Shown here in pieces: positions 29,167 through 38,473 of a DNA stretch of 64,000 nt. Origin of the DNA: an uncultured Spirochaetota bacterium (GTDB lineage Bacteria > Spirochaetota > Brevinematia > Brevinematales > JAOACQ01). Location of the stretch: assembly GCA_963835575.1 (NCBI GenBank), contig CAWIGG010000004.1:832001-896000 (forward strand), given 5' to 3'. The first letter of the stretch is position 1. Every line of letters begins with the position of its first letter. The notes under the pieces are model-generated. The model saw only the letters and a list, made by a program, of their open reading frames with translations, searched no databases and was not told the origin of the DNA. The position numbers and the translations under genes were made by a program.

Positions 29167-29547
29167 CTATTTTGAGTTTAATTTTTTCATGCTCTTAAGA
29201 TAAGCTGCCACAAAAGCCTTTTTATTTGTTTCATCAAGACCCTGCATAAATTCCCCTGCTTTATTGTTATATTCGGTAAGTTCCAGGGATAATTTGTTCA
29301 TCTTATCGATTTTGGTCTGGTCTTTTGTATTCTGCGCTTCCTTTGATGCCTTGGCGAATAATTTCACAAAAGCATCATACTCTTTCAGCCACTTTTTTGC
29401 CTCTTCCATTGTCACCGGCTTGACGGATGCTGCGGCGCTGGATGTGACAACACTGTTTGTGTTAGAACTGCTGTTTTGTTTTCCGCCGCAGCTCGTAACA
29501 AAAAACGATATGATGACTATTAATATGAATTGTAATGTCAATTTCAT
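29167..29547 (-). CDS. Hypothetical lipoprotein
   Basis: Lipobox-like FVTSC, Ser-rich linker, helical domain. Confidence 0.75.
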   Translation of the reverse strand: MKLTLQFILIVIISFFVTSCGGKQNSSSNTNSVVTSSAAASVKPVTMEEAKKWLKEYDAFVKLFAKASKEAQNTKDQTKIDKMNKLSLELTEYNNKAGEFMQGLDETNKKAFVAAYLKSMKKLNSK

Positions 29548-29841
29548 ATTATCCTCCTGTAAACATATTATAGAAAATAAAAATCCATGAATAGTATTTT
29601 AGATTGAATAGGTGAATTTAGCAAAAAAATAAGAAGAACGTTTTAGAAAAATAAAGATAGGATCATTTGAATAATAATTGAAATTAACTGCCTTTCTAAA
29701 TTTAAAATTTCGTGATGATTGATGTTCCGGAAAAAGGGGGAAATGCGGCAAAGGCTGCCGACAAACAACTGCCCTTATTTCAGAAGGGATCTAAAGACAT
29801 TCTGTCCTTTGTAAAATTTACCGATAGCATATTTCAAAAAA

Positions 29842-30654
29842 TCAGGAATCGAACGTCAAAGCCAGAATAGACGATAAAACGCTGTCAGGCAGATACCTCT
29901 TTGAAAAGTATAAAAATTTGTTAAAAAGGCCGGCCACGACGCGGACAGGAAGCCTTTTTTTATTTATGAGCCTGCCGATCATGACAGCGATTTTCTTTGG
30001 ATCATACCCGTTCAATTCTTCATGTTTCATGTTCTTTATGGACTTTTTCATCCTTTCCGAATAGACCGAGTTCAGGGCGTTTTTGGAAAAGACTCTGTTC
30101 TTTGGAAAATCAGTTCTGGTATCGCCCGGCGCCACTGAAGTCACCTGGATATTATAATGCCTGACCTCAAGCTTTAAAGCCTGCGTGTACACATCTATGG
30201 CCCCTTTTGAAGCGGAATAAAACGACTGGTATGGCACTGTAAAGAGGCCCGCAATAGACCCGATATTAATGATTTTCCCGCTTCCCTGTGTCCGCATAAA
30301 AGGCAGGACTTTTCTGCAGACGCGGCAAAGCCCGAAAAAATTCACATTGAATTGATTGTAAATATCCTCATCACTGCAGTCCTCTATCGCGCCCGCAATG
30401 CCGAAACCCGCGTTGTTGACGACAACATCAATCCTGTCCTGCTGTTTAATGATCTGATCGATACAATTATCGACATCCTGTGGTTTGGTAATATCCAGGC
30501 AGAGAGTTCTGAACTGATCATTAGTAAAGGATAATTCCGGAGAAATATAAGTCCCATAAACAATATGCCCCAGTCCGGATAAATGCTTTGCCGTCGCGTG
30601 GCCTATTCCGGAAGAGGCCCCGGTAACAAGCACAACCTTTGGTTGATTTTTCAT
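29842..30654 (-). CDS. SDR family oxidoreductase
   Basis: TGASSGIG, NNAG, YSASK; ATG at 30654 after GGAG. Confidence 0.93.
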   Translation of the reverse strand: MKNQPKVVLVTGASSGIGHATAKHLSGLGHIVYGTYISPELSFTNDQFRTLCLDITKPQDVDNCIDQIIKQQDRIDVVVNNAGFGIAGAIEDCSDEDIYNQFNVNFFGLCRVCRKVLPFMRTQGSGKIINIGSIAGLFTVPYQSFYSASKGAIDVYTQALKLEVRHYNIQVTSVAPGDTRTDFPKNRVFSKNALNSVYSERMKKSIKNMKHEELNGYDPKKIAVMIGRLINKKRLPVRVVAGLFNKFLYFSKRYLPDSVLSSILALTFDS

Positions 30655-30977
30655 TTTGCTTCTCCTGCATAAATATAAACCGGACAATAAATGATTTGAA
30701 TTTAATATTACTGACAGGTTATATTTAATATGAACCGGATTATTCTACCGTCAGGACAAAAAAAACGCAAAATGTCATAAACAGGAAATCAGGAAAAAGC
30801 TGCTATTTCCGTGTATTTCTGTGTATTTCTGTGAACTTCCGTGGCAGACTTCGCGTCACTTCGGTATTGCTCAATACATAGCTTCCAGTCTTCCTGTGAA
30901 ATTCTATTCTGAGGATCCTGATAAATCCTGTTAATCCCGATTAATTGGGGTCTGATCAATAAAGCATTTGGTAATAA

Positions 30978-31451
30978 TTACTTTTCATACGATATGTCAT
31001 CAGGCAGTTCGTTCACATCATCGCTTTTGTAGGGAAAATGCTTTTTCAATGTCTTGCCGATCTTTTCGATGCCGAATGCTATGCCGCCGGCGAAATCGTC
31101 CTTTTTAAAATATTCCTGCATTTCTTCAGTAATCTTCTTCCAGCTTTTATCGCCCATTTTTTTATGGATGCCGCTGTCGCCCAGGATGGCGAATCTTTTA
31201 TTTTTAACAGCGAAAAAGACAAGGACGCCATTACGAAGTTTGGTTTTTGTCATGCCGATCCGTTCGAAGACAAGGGCCGTTTCTTTCATGATATCTTCTT
31301 TTACGCTTTTAGCGACATGTACACGGAATTCGCCGGAAGTTTCCTTTTCCGCCGCGATGACCGCCTGTTTGATATGCTCTTTCTCGCGGGCCGAGAAAAA
31401 GAGAACCGGATTATTCGAGCGCTTTATTTTGATATTTTTACCAGCTTCCAC
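30978..31451 (-). CDS. TPM domain protein
   Basis: AEKETSGEFRVHV, TKLRNGVLVF, ILGDSGIH, NELPD; probable GTG start at 31451. Confidence 0.88.
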   Translation of the reverse strand: MEAGKNIKIKRSNNPVLFFSAREKEHIKQAVIAAEKETSGEFRVHVAKSVKEDIMKETALVFERIGMTKTKLRNGVLVFFAVKNKRFAILGDSGIHKKMGDKSWKKITEEMQEYFKKDDFAGGIAFGIEKIGKTLKKHFPYKSDDVNELPDDISYEK

Positions 31452-32277
31452 TTGACCCTCCTCCGCCGAAACTTCCGCCCCCGCCGCCGAAGCCGCCTCC
31501 GCCTCCCCAGCCGCTGCTGCCACCGCCGAACCCGCCGCGCGAGCGTCCGGATAAAAGAATATAAAATAAAAGCTTTATAATAGCAAAGGTAATACTGAAT
31601 ATGATCAGCCATTCGATAAATGAATAGCGCTGCTGATAATTTCTATGGCTTGAAGCGTATCCGCCGAAGCGGAATATGTCTATGAGAAAGAGAAAAGCGA
31701 TAAAACCGGCTATGATCAGCGCGATCTGTGTGATCTTCTGCTTATTCAAGCCGTAAAAGCTGGTATTTTCTTCTTCCGCGGGAGGAGCTTCCCCGCCGGA
31801 TATGACTTTTATGATCGAGTTTACGCCTTCTTTAATACCGCCGGCGTAATCGCCGGTTTTAAAGCGGGGCGCTATGACATTGCGTATGATGGAGGAAGCA
31901 TCCGCGTCGGGCAGAACATCTTCCAGGCCGTAGCCGACCTCGATCCGCATTTTCCTCTCGGTAATAAAAGCCAGAAGAATGACGCCGTTATCCTTGCCCT
32001 TCTGCCCGATCTTCCATTTTTCGGCAAGATGAATGGAAAAATCCTCCAAAGATTCACCCTCAAGCGATGGGAATACCGCCACGGCGATCTGAATACCGGT
32101 ATTATCCTCAAAAGCCTGAAGTGTTGAATTTATATCAGCTTTACTTTCCTCGCTCATTATCCCCGCCCAGTCGCTCACGCGGCCGAGGGGAGCCGCCGGA
32201 ATTTTGAGGGAAAACGCCGGCAGGCTTTGTATTAGAATAAATAGTATTAATAAAGAAATGCGTTTTATATATTTCAT
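31438..32277 (-). CDS. TPM domain (YgcG-like) membrane protein
   Basis: WKIGQKGKDNGVILL, RIEVGYGLE, Gly-rich tail ending GGSSGSW. Confidence 0.92.
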   Translation of the reverse strand: MKYIKRISLLILFILIQSLPAFSLKIPAAPLGRVSDWAGIMSEESKADINSTLQAFEDNTGIQIAVAVFPSLEGESLEDFSIHLAEKWKIGQKGKDNGVILLAFITERKMRIEVGYGLEDVLPDADASSIIRNVIAPRFKTGDYAGGIKEGVNSIIKVISGGEAPPAEEENTSFYGLNKQKITQIALIIAGFIAFLFLIDIFRFGGYASSHRNYQQRYSFIEWLIIFSITFAIIKLLFYILLSGRSRGGFGGGSSGWGGGGGFGGGGGSFGGGGSSGSW

Positions 32278-32373
32278 AAATATCCTTGTCTTAGAATCAA
32301 GATAATTGTAAGAAGCTACCCCAAGAGTCCCTTTTCTACTATCAGCAGTGTCTCAAAGAATACCAATAATTCT

Positions 32374-32500
32374 TTGTGTCCATTCGCGTGGATTAACGGA
32401 TTGATTGGTCTTCCGCTAAGCCACACGAAGACACGCTAATGAGAATTTATTTTCAAATTATTCAATTTCCTTCGCGTCTATTCGCGTGTATTAGCGGATT
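32374..32500. repeat. Inverted (CGCGAA/CGCTAA)n repeat cluster
   Basis: TCCGCTAAGCCACACGAAGACACGCTAA vs TTCGCGTCTATTCGCGTGTATTAGCGGA, plus an extra copy at about 32374-32400. Confidence 0.7.
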
Positions 32501-32529
32501 ATCCGTCCTTATACCGGTTTTAAGCACCG

Positions 32530-33138
32530 TTACTCAAACTTTACCTTCGGGGCTGTTTTGGCGCCTTCCTCGGCCTGGAAATAGGCTTTTTCCTGGAAGC
32601 CTCCCATATTGGCTATAAACATGGCCGGGAAGCTTCTGCGGAACGCGTTATACTGCTGTGCGGCCTCATTATAGCGCATTCTTTCCACAGTGATGCGGTT
32701 TTCCGTTCCTTCCAGCTGGGACTGGAGGTCCAGGAAGTTTTCGTTCGCCTTTAAATTGGGATAATTTTCCGTCACGACAAGAAGCCTGGAAAGCGCGCCG
32801 GAAAGCTCGCCCTGAGCGGCCTGGTATTTCTTAAAGGCTTCCGGGTTATTAATGATGCTTTGATCGATCTTGATGGACCCGACGCGGCTCCGGGCGTCAA
32901 CGACGGCCTGGAGGGTTTCACTTTCGTGTTTTGCGTAGCCTTTCACCGTTTCCACAAGGTTCGGGATCAGGTCCGCGCGTCTTTGATAGACGTTTTCCAC
33001 CTGCGCCCAGGCGGATTTCACGCCTTCGTCCATATTCACAAGCTTATTGTAATTTCCCGGCCCGACGCAGTAAACAAATCCGCCTAGAATTATGATAACG
33101 CCGAGAATGATCAGGCCGGTCCTTATGCCTTTACTCAT
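32530..33138 (-). CDS. lemA: LemA family protein
   Basis: YQRRADLIPNLVETVKGYA, ENYPNLKA, LEGTENRI. Confidence 0.95.
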   Translation of the reverse strand: MSKGIRTGLIILGVIIILGGFVYCVGPGNYNKLVNMDEGVKSAWAQVENVYQRRADLIPNLVETVKGYAKHESETLQAVVDARSRVGSIKIDQSIINNPEAFKKYQAAQGELSGALSRLLVVTENYPNLKANENFLDLQSQLEGTENRITVERMRYNEAAQQYNAFRRSFPAMFIANMGGFQEKAYFQAEEGAKTAPKVKFE

Positions 33139-33364
33139 ATTATTACTCCTTTTTAAAATCAGACTGCTTTAAATTTACATTAAATAATGTTTAATATCAA
33201 GTGAAACGGGTGATTTAGAGTAATTTTTACCCTTTGATAAAGATAGATTGCTTTATAAAAAAATGAAGGCGGTAAAATTCTCTTTAATATTATTCTAAGT
33301 CCCTTTAAATGACAAGCATAGTTCAAAAATGAAAAAATAATATTTTTGAATGTAATATTGTATA

Positions 33365-34561
33365 TTATTGCTTGTTTTCAAGAGATTTTAATAAAACATA
33401 AAGTCTTACCAGTCTGTTATTAAAAATATATTTGCCTTTTTCATCTCCAGATTTTAACACATTAAGTTTTTTCATTCTTTGCAGGAAATTATTAAATTTT
33501 CGTTTTTCCTGCTCAGTTAATTTATCCTCAATATCTGCTTTTTTAAAAGACAAATCAAAACTTTCTTTTCCTAATTTAGATAAAATTGAATGATAATCAC
33601 CGCTTCTTAAAGCTTTATAAACCTGCTGATCAACGAACTTTCTTCCAATATCTTCCGCGCTTAAAATTATTCCATTTATGACAACTTCTTTATTAATAAC
33701 AGGTTCTTGAGCAAGCCAGTAGATATTATCACCAATTATATGCATGATTTTAGGAAAACCTGCGGAGTAATGTATTAATTCCGACATACCCGCTTCTTCA
33801 ATAGTCATATTTGCGGATTGGAAAGATTTTTGATAAAAATCTTTCATTTCCTCTTTTAACATTGGTTTAATTTCAACAATATCAAATATCCTTTCAATCG
33901 GCTGGTGATTCAATATCATTTCTCTTCTTCTTTCTTCGACCCCGCTAAGCATTAATAAAAGAGGGAGAGGCTGCCGACTTAATGCGTTTTCATCAACTAA
34001 ACTTTTAATAAAATGGGCGAATTCCCTATTTTCAGCAATTCCGTTTATTTCATCAAGGATTAAAAAAATTCCTTTGATACCATCTTCTTTTACTCTATTA
34101 TATAGTTCATTTAAAAAAGGCAGGAATCCTTTTTGAAAATTCAGAGCATCTGTCTTTAATACATCAAAATTAATACTAAAACCGAAAATCTCCTGTTTTC
34201 CTATGTATTTAGATAAAAAATTCCTTATTTTTTCCGATGTAGTAGGCTTATATACATCCCTTTGAATAATTTCTATTAAAATTTTCTCGGTTGTTTCAAT
34301 AACGTTTTTTGCTCCTCCTAAGAGGACATGAATACCTAATAAATTATTTATTTCCTCTGCGAAATAACGCATAAAGCCTGCTAATGAGCTTTTGCCAATG
34401 CCATATTCACCTGTTAAAAATATATATTGCGGTTTACCAAGTTCTACCTGTTTAATAGCTCTGGTAATCCGCTGTATTTCATTACTTCTACCAACAAAGT
34501 ATTCTATTGGAACAGGTTGTCCAGGGTAAAATGGACTCTTACCCTTATTAATTAATTCCAT
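33365..34561 (-). CDS. Standalone P-loop ATPase (archaeal-ATPase/STAND-like), AT-rich
   Basis: SPFYPG..FVGR, GEYGIGKSS, LILDE, AGFP; probable C-terminal wHTH. Confidence 0.8.
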   Translation of the reverse strand: MELINKGKSPFYPGQPVPIEYFVGRSNEIQRITRAIKQVELGKPQYIFLTGEYGIGKSSLAGFMRYFAEEINNLLGIHVLLGGAKNVIETTEKILIEIIQRDVYKPTTSEKIRNFLSKYIGKQEIFGFSINFDVLKTDALNFQKGFLPFLNELYNRVKEDGIKGIFLILDEINGIAENREFAHFIKSLVDENALSRQPLPLLLMLSGVEERRREMILNHQPIERIFDIVEIKPMLKEEMKDFYQKSFQSANMTIEEAGMSELIHYSAGFPKIMHIIGDNIYWLAQEPVINKEVVINGIILSAEDIGRKFVDQQVYKALRSGDYHSILSKLGKESFDLSFKKADIEDKLTEQEKRKFNNFLQRMKKLNVLKSGDEKGKYIFNNRLVRLYVLLKSLENKQ

Positions 34562-34705
34562 TTAAAACCTCTTATACACTGAATAATTAATAATATTAAA
34601 TTATTTTAATATGATGTAATTAAACAAGCAATAAAATAAAAGTATTTTTTGTTTTAATATATAATATAAACCATAAAACTTGTTTGATCAAATTGGGATA
34701 AATTT

Positions 34706-36526
34706 ATGATTCAGGTTCAGGGAATAAAAAAATCCTACGGCTCGCAGATGCTTCTGGATAATGTCAGCTTTAATATCAACGCCGGCGAGCATATCGGCCT
34801 CATCGGCAGGAACGGCCATGGAAAAACGACGCTTCTCCGGATCATAGCCGGCATGGAAGAACCGGATTCGGGCTCCATAACCATACCCCGGAATTACACC
34901 ATCGGCTTTTTGGAACAGCAGATAAAATTCATGGAATCGAGCGCGCTGGGTGAAGCAAGCCTCGGACTTTCGGAAGAACACAAAGGCAATACCTGGATGG
35001 CCGAGAAGATCCTTTCAGGCCTCGGGTTTTCCGCGGAGGACATGGAAAAAAAGCCTGTGCTCTTTTCGGGCGGTTACCAGGTCAGGATACAGCTCGCGAA
35101 AGTCCTTGTCGGCGATCCCAACCTCCTGCTTCTGGATGAACCGACGAACTACCTGGATATTGTTTCCATACGCTGGCTGATCCGCTTTCTGCGCGATTTG
35201 AAAAAAGAGTTCATTTTAATTACCCATGACCGGAGCTTTATGGACAGCGTGACGACGCACACGATGGGCATCCACAGGAAGAAAATACGCAAGATCGAGG
35301 GGCCGACGGAAAAGCTTTATCAGCAGATCATAAAGGAAGAAGAAGTTTATGAAAAGACCCGCGTGAATGACGATAAAAGACGGAAGGAAATAGAGCTCTT
35401 TATCACCCGGTTCAGGGCGAAAGCAAGGCTGGGCGGGCTGGTGCAGTCCAGGGTCAAGCTCCTGGAAAAGAAGGAAAAGCTCAATAAACTCGAGAAAATG
35501 AAAACGCTGGAATTCTCTTTCAGGGAAGCACCGACCGACGCGAAGTGGGCGGTCGAAGCGAAAAACACATCTTTTTCATATGATGGGAAAAAGCCATATC
35601 TTATCAATAATTTTAACCTGATCGTCGGCAAAAATGACAGGATTGGGATTGTAGGCAGGAACGGGGCCGGTAAATCGACATTAATGAAGCTTCTGGCCGG
35701 CATCATGACCCCGCTGGAAGGGGCTGTCAAAAACCACCCTCAGATCAGGATGGGTTATTTCGGGCAGACGAATATCGAACAGCTCAATGAGTACAGGACG
35801 GTTGAGGAAGAGATCGCCGCTTCCCATCCCGAACACGACCGCCAGGCCGCCCGGGACATCTGCGGGGCGATGCTCTTTGAAGGGGACATGGCGCTCAAAA
35901 AAATATCGGTTCTATCAGGCGGCGAGAAAAGCCGGGTCCTTCTCGGCAAGCTTCTGGTTTCACCCACGCACCTTCTATTATTAGATGAGCCGACGAACCA
36001 CCTCGATATGGAATCATGCGATTCGCTGATTGCCGCGCTGGATTCCTTCAACGGCTCCGTGATCATTGTGACGCATAACGAGATGTACCTGAACGCTCTG
36101 ACAAACCGCATGGTCATATTTGACCGGGATAAGATCACCCTTTATGAGGGGAATTACCAGGACTTTCTGCATGATATCGGCTGGTCGGGCGAGGATGATG
36201 GGAGGAAAAAGGAAGAGATCAATCCGGCCAGTAAAAAGGCGATCCGGAGGGCCCGCGCCGGGATCATACAGGAAAAGTCAAAAGTCCTGCGGCCGATGGA
36301 AGAGAAAATCCGGGAAAAGGAAAATGCGATCCATCAGCTGGAAATGGAAATTAAAGATGACAATCAGCTGGTGATTGAAGCTTCCATCAAAGGGGACAGC
36401 GCCGGGATCGCTCAGCTTTCAAAAAAAATCAGCGATGCCCAGTCAAAGCTGGACCTGTTCATGAAAGAATGGGAAGACCTGCACACAAAGTATGAAGAGG
36501 AAATGAAGAAATTTGAGATTGATTGA
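34706..36526 (+). CDS. ABC-F family ATPase
   Basis: Two ABC domains (GRNGHGKT, GRNGAGKS, LLLDEPTN x2), no TM segments, coiled-coil tail. Confidence 0.93.
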   Translation: MIQVQGIKKSYGSQMLLDNVSFNINAGEHIGLIGRNGHGKTTLLRIIAGMEEPDSGSITIPRNYTIGFLEQQIKFMESSALGEASLGLSEEHKGNTWMAEKILSGLGFSAEDMEKKPVLFSGGYQVRIQLAKVLVGDPNLLLLDEPTNYLDIVSIRWLIRFLRDLKKEFILITHDRSFMDSVTTHTMGIHRKKIRKIEGPTEKLYQQIIKEEEVYEKTRVNDDKRRKEIELFITRFRAKARLGGLVQSRVKLLEKKEKLNKLEKMKTLEFSFREAPTDAKWAVEAKNTSFSYDGKKPYLINNFNLIVGKNDRIGIVGRNGAGKSTLMKLLAGIMTPLEGAVKNHPQIRMGYFGQTNIEQLNEYRTVEEEIAASHPEHDRQAARDICGAMLFEGDMALKKISVLSGGEKSRVLLGKLLVSPTHLLLLDEPTNHLDMESCDSLIAALDSFNGSVIIVTHNEMYLNALTNRMVIFDRDKITLYEGNYQDFLHDIGWSGEDDGRKKEEINPASKKAIRRARAGIIQEKSKVLRPMEEKIREKENAIHQLEMEIKDDNQLVIEASIKGDSAGIAQLSKKISDAQSKLDLFMKEWEDLHTKYEEEMKKFEID

Positions 36527-36571
36527 TGCTGTTAATAAAGTTTAAAATTATTAATTCTGATATTATAATAT

Positions 36572-36751
36572 TTGGAATAAAATGTTACAGGAAGTAAGGA
36601 AGCCGGGAAGAAATTAATAGTTAAGGATAAAAGTTGGAAGATTGTCTTATATTAATAATCCAGATTCTTAATTAATATATGAATGCTTGGAAATTTAATT
36701 GAGATACTTGTTTTTAGCGACCTTCCCGCCTTCCAGTCTTCCTGTAAAATT
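36572..36751. repeat. Inverted (GGAAG)3 repeat pair around ~105 bp AT-rich spacer
   Basis: TTGGAATAAAATGTTACAGGAAGTAAGGAAGCCGGGAAG ... CTTCCCGCCTTCCAGTCTTCCTGTAAAATT; same motif at about 51509-51550 and 30881-30903. Confidence 0.75.
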
Positions 36752-36773
36752 AAAGATTTGAAGAGGAGTCCGT

Positions 36774-38177
36774 ATGGCCATTCGATTTTACAACACTCTT
36801 ACCCGGAAAGTGGAAGAATTTATTCCCCTGAAGAAAGGGCAGGTCAGCCTCTATACCTGCGGCCCGACTATTTACAACACGCCGCACATCGGCAACCTCC
36901 GGACATTTGTCTTTGAGGACCTGCTCCACCGCTGGCTGGAGTACAGGGACTACCAGGTCCACCATGTGATGAACCTCACTGATATCGACGACAAGACGAT
37001 CAAGAACTCCATACAGAGAAAAATGAGCCTGAAGGAATACACGGATATTTACAGAAAGGAATTCTTCGATTCCATTCAGGCTTTGAACTTTAAAACCGCC
37101 GAGCATTATCCGGCCGCCACGGAGTATATCCCGGAAATGATCAAACTGGTGGAAGGCCTGCTGGAAAAAGGCTTCGCCTATGACGCGCCGGATGGAGTGT
37201 ATTATAAGGTCTCCGCTTTTAACGAATATGGAAAGCTCTCGCATATGGATAAATCTTCGCTCAAGGCCGGCGCCAGCGGCAGAATGAGCCGGGATGAGTA
37301 CACAAAGGACGAGGTGTCCGATTTCGCGCTCTGGAAAAAATGGACGCCGGAAGACGGCGATGTAAAGTGGAGCGCTCCCTTCGGCGAAGGGCGCCCCGGA
37401 TGGCATATCGAGTGCTCGGCGATGAGCATGAAACTCCTGGGGGAGACACTGGACATCCACTGCGGCGGCGTGGACAATATGTTCCCGCATCATGAGAATG
37501 AGATCGCTCAGAGCGAGGCGTTTACGGGAAAGAAGTTTGTCAATTACTGGCTGCATTCCGTCCACCTGATGGTAGACGGTGAGAAAATGGCCAAGTCGAA
37601 AGGGAATTTTTATACAATCAGGGACATTTCGGAAAAAGGCTATTCGGCGAGAGTCCTCCGCTACGCTCTGATCACGACGCATTACAGGAAGCCGCTGAAC
37701 TTTACATTCGACCTGCTGAAACAGGCGGAATCTTCCCTCAAGCGGATTGACGATTTTATTTTTGATCTGAAAAATGTCGCGAAAACCGGAAGTAAAGACG
37801 CCGGGCTGTCCGGCGCCCTGAGTAAGGCGGCGGCCGGTTTCGAAGCTTCGCTTGATGACGACCTGAATATATCGGAGGCTATGGCCGCATTGTTTGAACT
37901 CATCTCCTATTATTATGATAATAAGGCATCGGCGGTCCGGGAAAATATTCCTGAAATTCTGAGCTTTCTGGAAAAAGCCGACAGCGTGCTCGGTTTCATC
38001 AAAACGGAAAGTAAAGATACCCTGTCGCCTGAAGAGGAAAAGCTCCTGCAGGAACGCGCTGACGCCAAGCAGAATAAGGATTACGCCCGCGCCGACGCCG
38101 TCCGCGCCCGCCTGCTGGAACTCGGCATTGAGGTCCGCGACACGAAAGACGGCGTTGTATGGAAGAGGATTAATTAA
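36774..38177 (+). CDS. cysS: Cysteine--tRNA ligase
   Basis: YTCGPT, HIGN, GRPGWHIECSAM, FPHHENE, KMAKS. Confidence 0.98.
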   Translation: MAIRFYNTLTRKVEEFIPLKKGQVSLYTCGPTIYNTPHIGNLRTFVFEDLLHRWLEYRDYQVHHVMNLTDIDDKTIKNSIQRKMSLKEYTDIYRKEFFDSIQALNFKTAEHYPAATEYIPEMIKLVEGLLEKGFAYDAPDGVYYKVSAFNEYGKLSHMDKSSLKAGASGRMSRDEYTKDEVSDFALWKKWTPEDGDVKWSAPFGEGRPGWHIECSAMSMKLLGETLDIHCGGVDNMFPHHENEIAQSEAFTGKKFVNYWLHSVHLMVDGEKMAKSKGNFYTIRDISEKGYSARVLRYALITTHYRKPLNFTFDLLKQAESSLKRIDDFIFDLKNVAKTGSKDAGLSGALSKAAAGFEASLDDDLNISEAMAALFELISYYYDNKASAVRENIPEILSFLEKADSVLGFIKTESKDTLSPEEEKLLQERADAKQNKDYARADAVRARLLELGIEVRDTKDGVVWKRIN

Positions 38178-38234
38178 ATATATTTAATAAAATTATGACA
38201 GGAGAGATCGAATAAAATTTAGTTCAATTGAGCA

Positions 38235-38263
38235 TTGACATTTTGGGTTAATGTCAGTATACT
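38235..38263 (+). promoter_or_regulatory. sigma70 promoter
   Basis: TTGACA-17 nt-TATACT. Confidence 0.8.
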
Positions 38264-38271
38264 TCATATAT

Positions 38272-38406
38272 AAGGGAAGAGCAGGTTTTCAAACCGGGCC
38301 TCCTTGAGAGGCAGTAGAAATAAAGAGCTTTTCTACAGGACTTCCTTCAATTTAAAATGTTATGAATTGGAGCGGTCACAGGTTGTGAAAGTTGTTGTTC
38401 CCTTTT
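38272..38406 (+). ncRNA. Candidate structured RNA (sRNA or 5' leader), family not recognised
   Basis: Long 5'/3' closing stem enclosing three hairpins; begins at the predicted TSS and ends in a U run. Confidence 0.5.
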
Positions 38407-38473
38407 CTCATTTTTCACCCCGCCCGGAATGTTTTTTTATTTTGAATCCATCTAAGTGAATTGAAAGGTTTAT

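Larger units (their letters stand above)
28906..30952. mobile_element. Putative ~2-kb cassette bounded by modular inverted-repeat ends, carrying lipoprotein and SDR genes
   Basis: Left end GACCCC-(AGGAT)n-AATTTCAC.GGA-(CAC.GAA)3; right end is the mirror image, ending ATTGGGGTC. Confidence 0.5.

Noticed and set aside
28890..30965. Classical IS/transposon with target-site duplication
   Set aside because: No transposase ORF, and flanks (TTAAGAT / TGATCAA; at 51469, TTTAAAC / AATACTT) show no direct repeat
31440..31545. GCC-rich tandem repeat
   Set aside because: It encodes the ordinary Gly-rich tail of the TPM protein
36541..36773. T-box leader for cysS
   Set aside because: No AAGGTGGTACC-like motif; the region is the GGAAG inverted-repeat pair
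38272..38406. SAM-I, SRP, 6S or T-box identity for the structured RNA
   Set aside because: Only AAGAGCAGG resembles SAM-I; no GGCAACC/GGTGC, no SRP GNRA helix, no T-box motif, and it is short and branched for 6S
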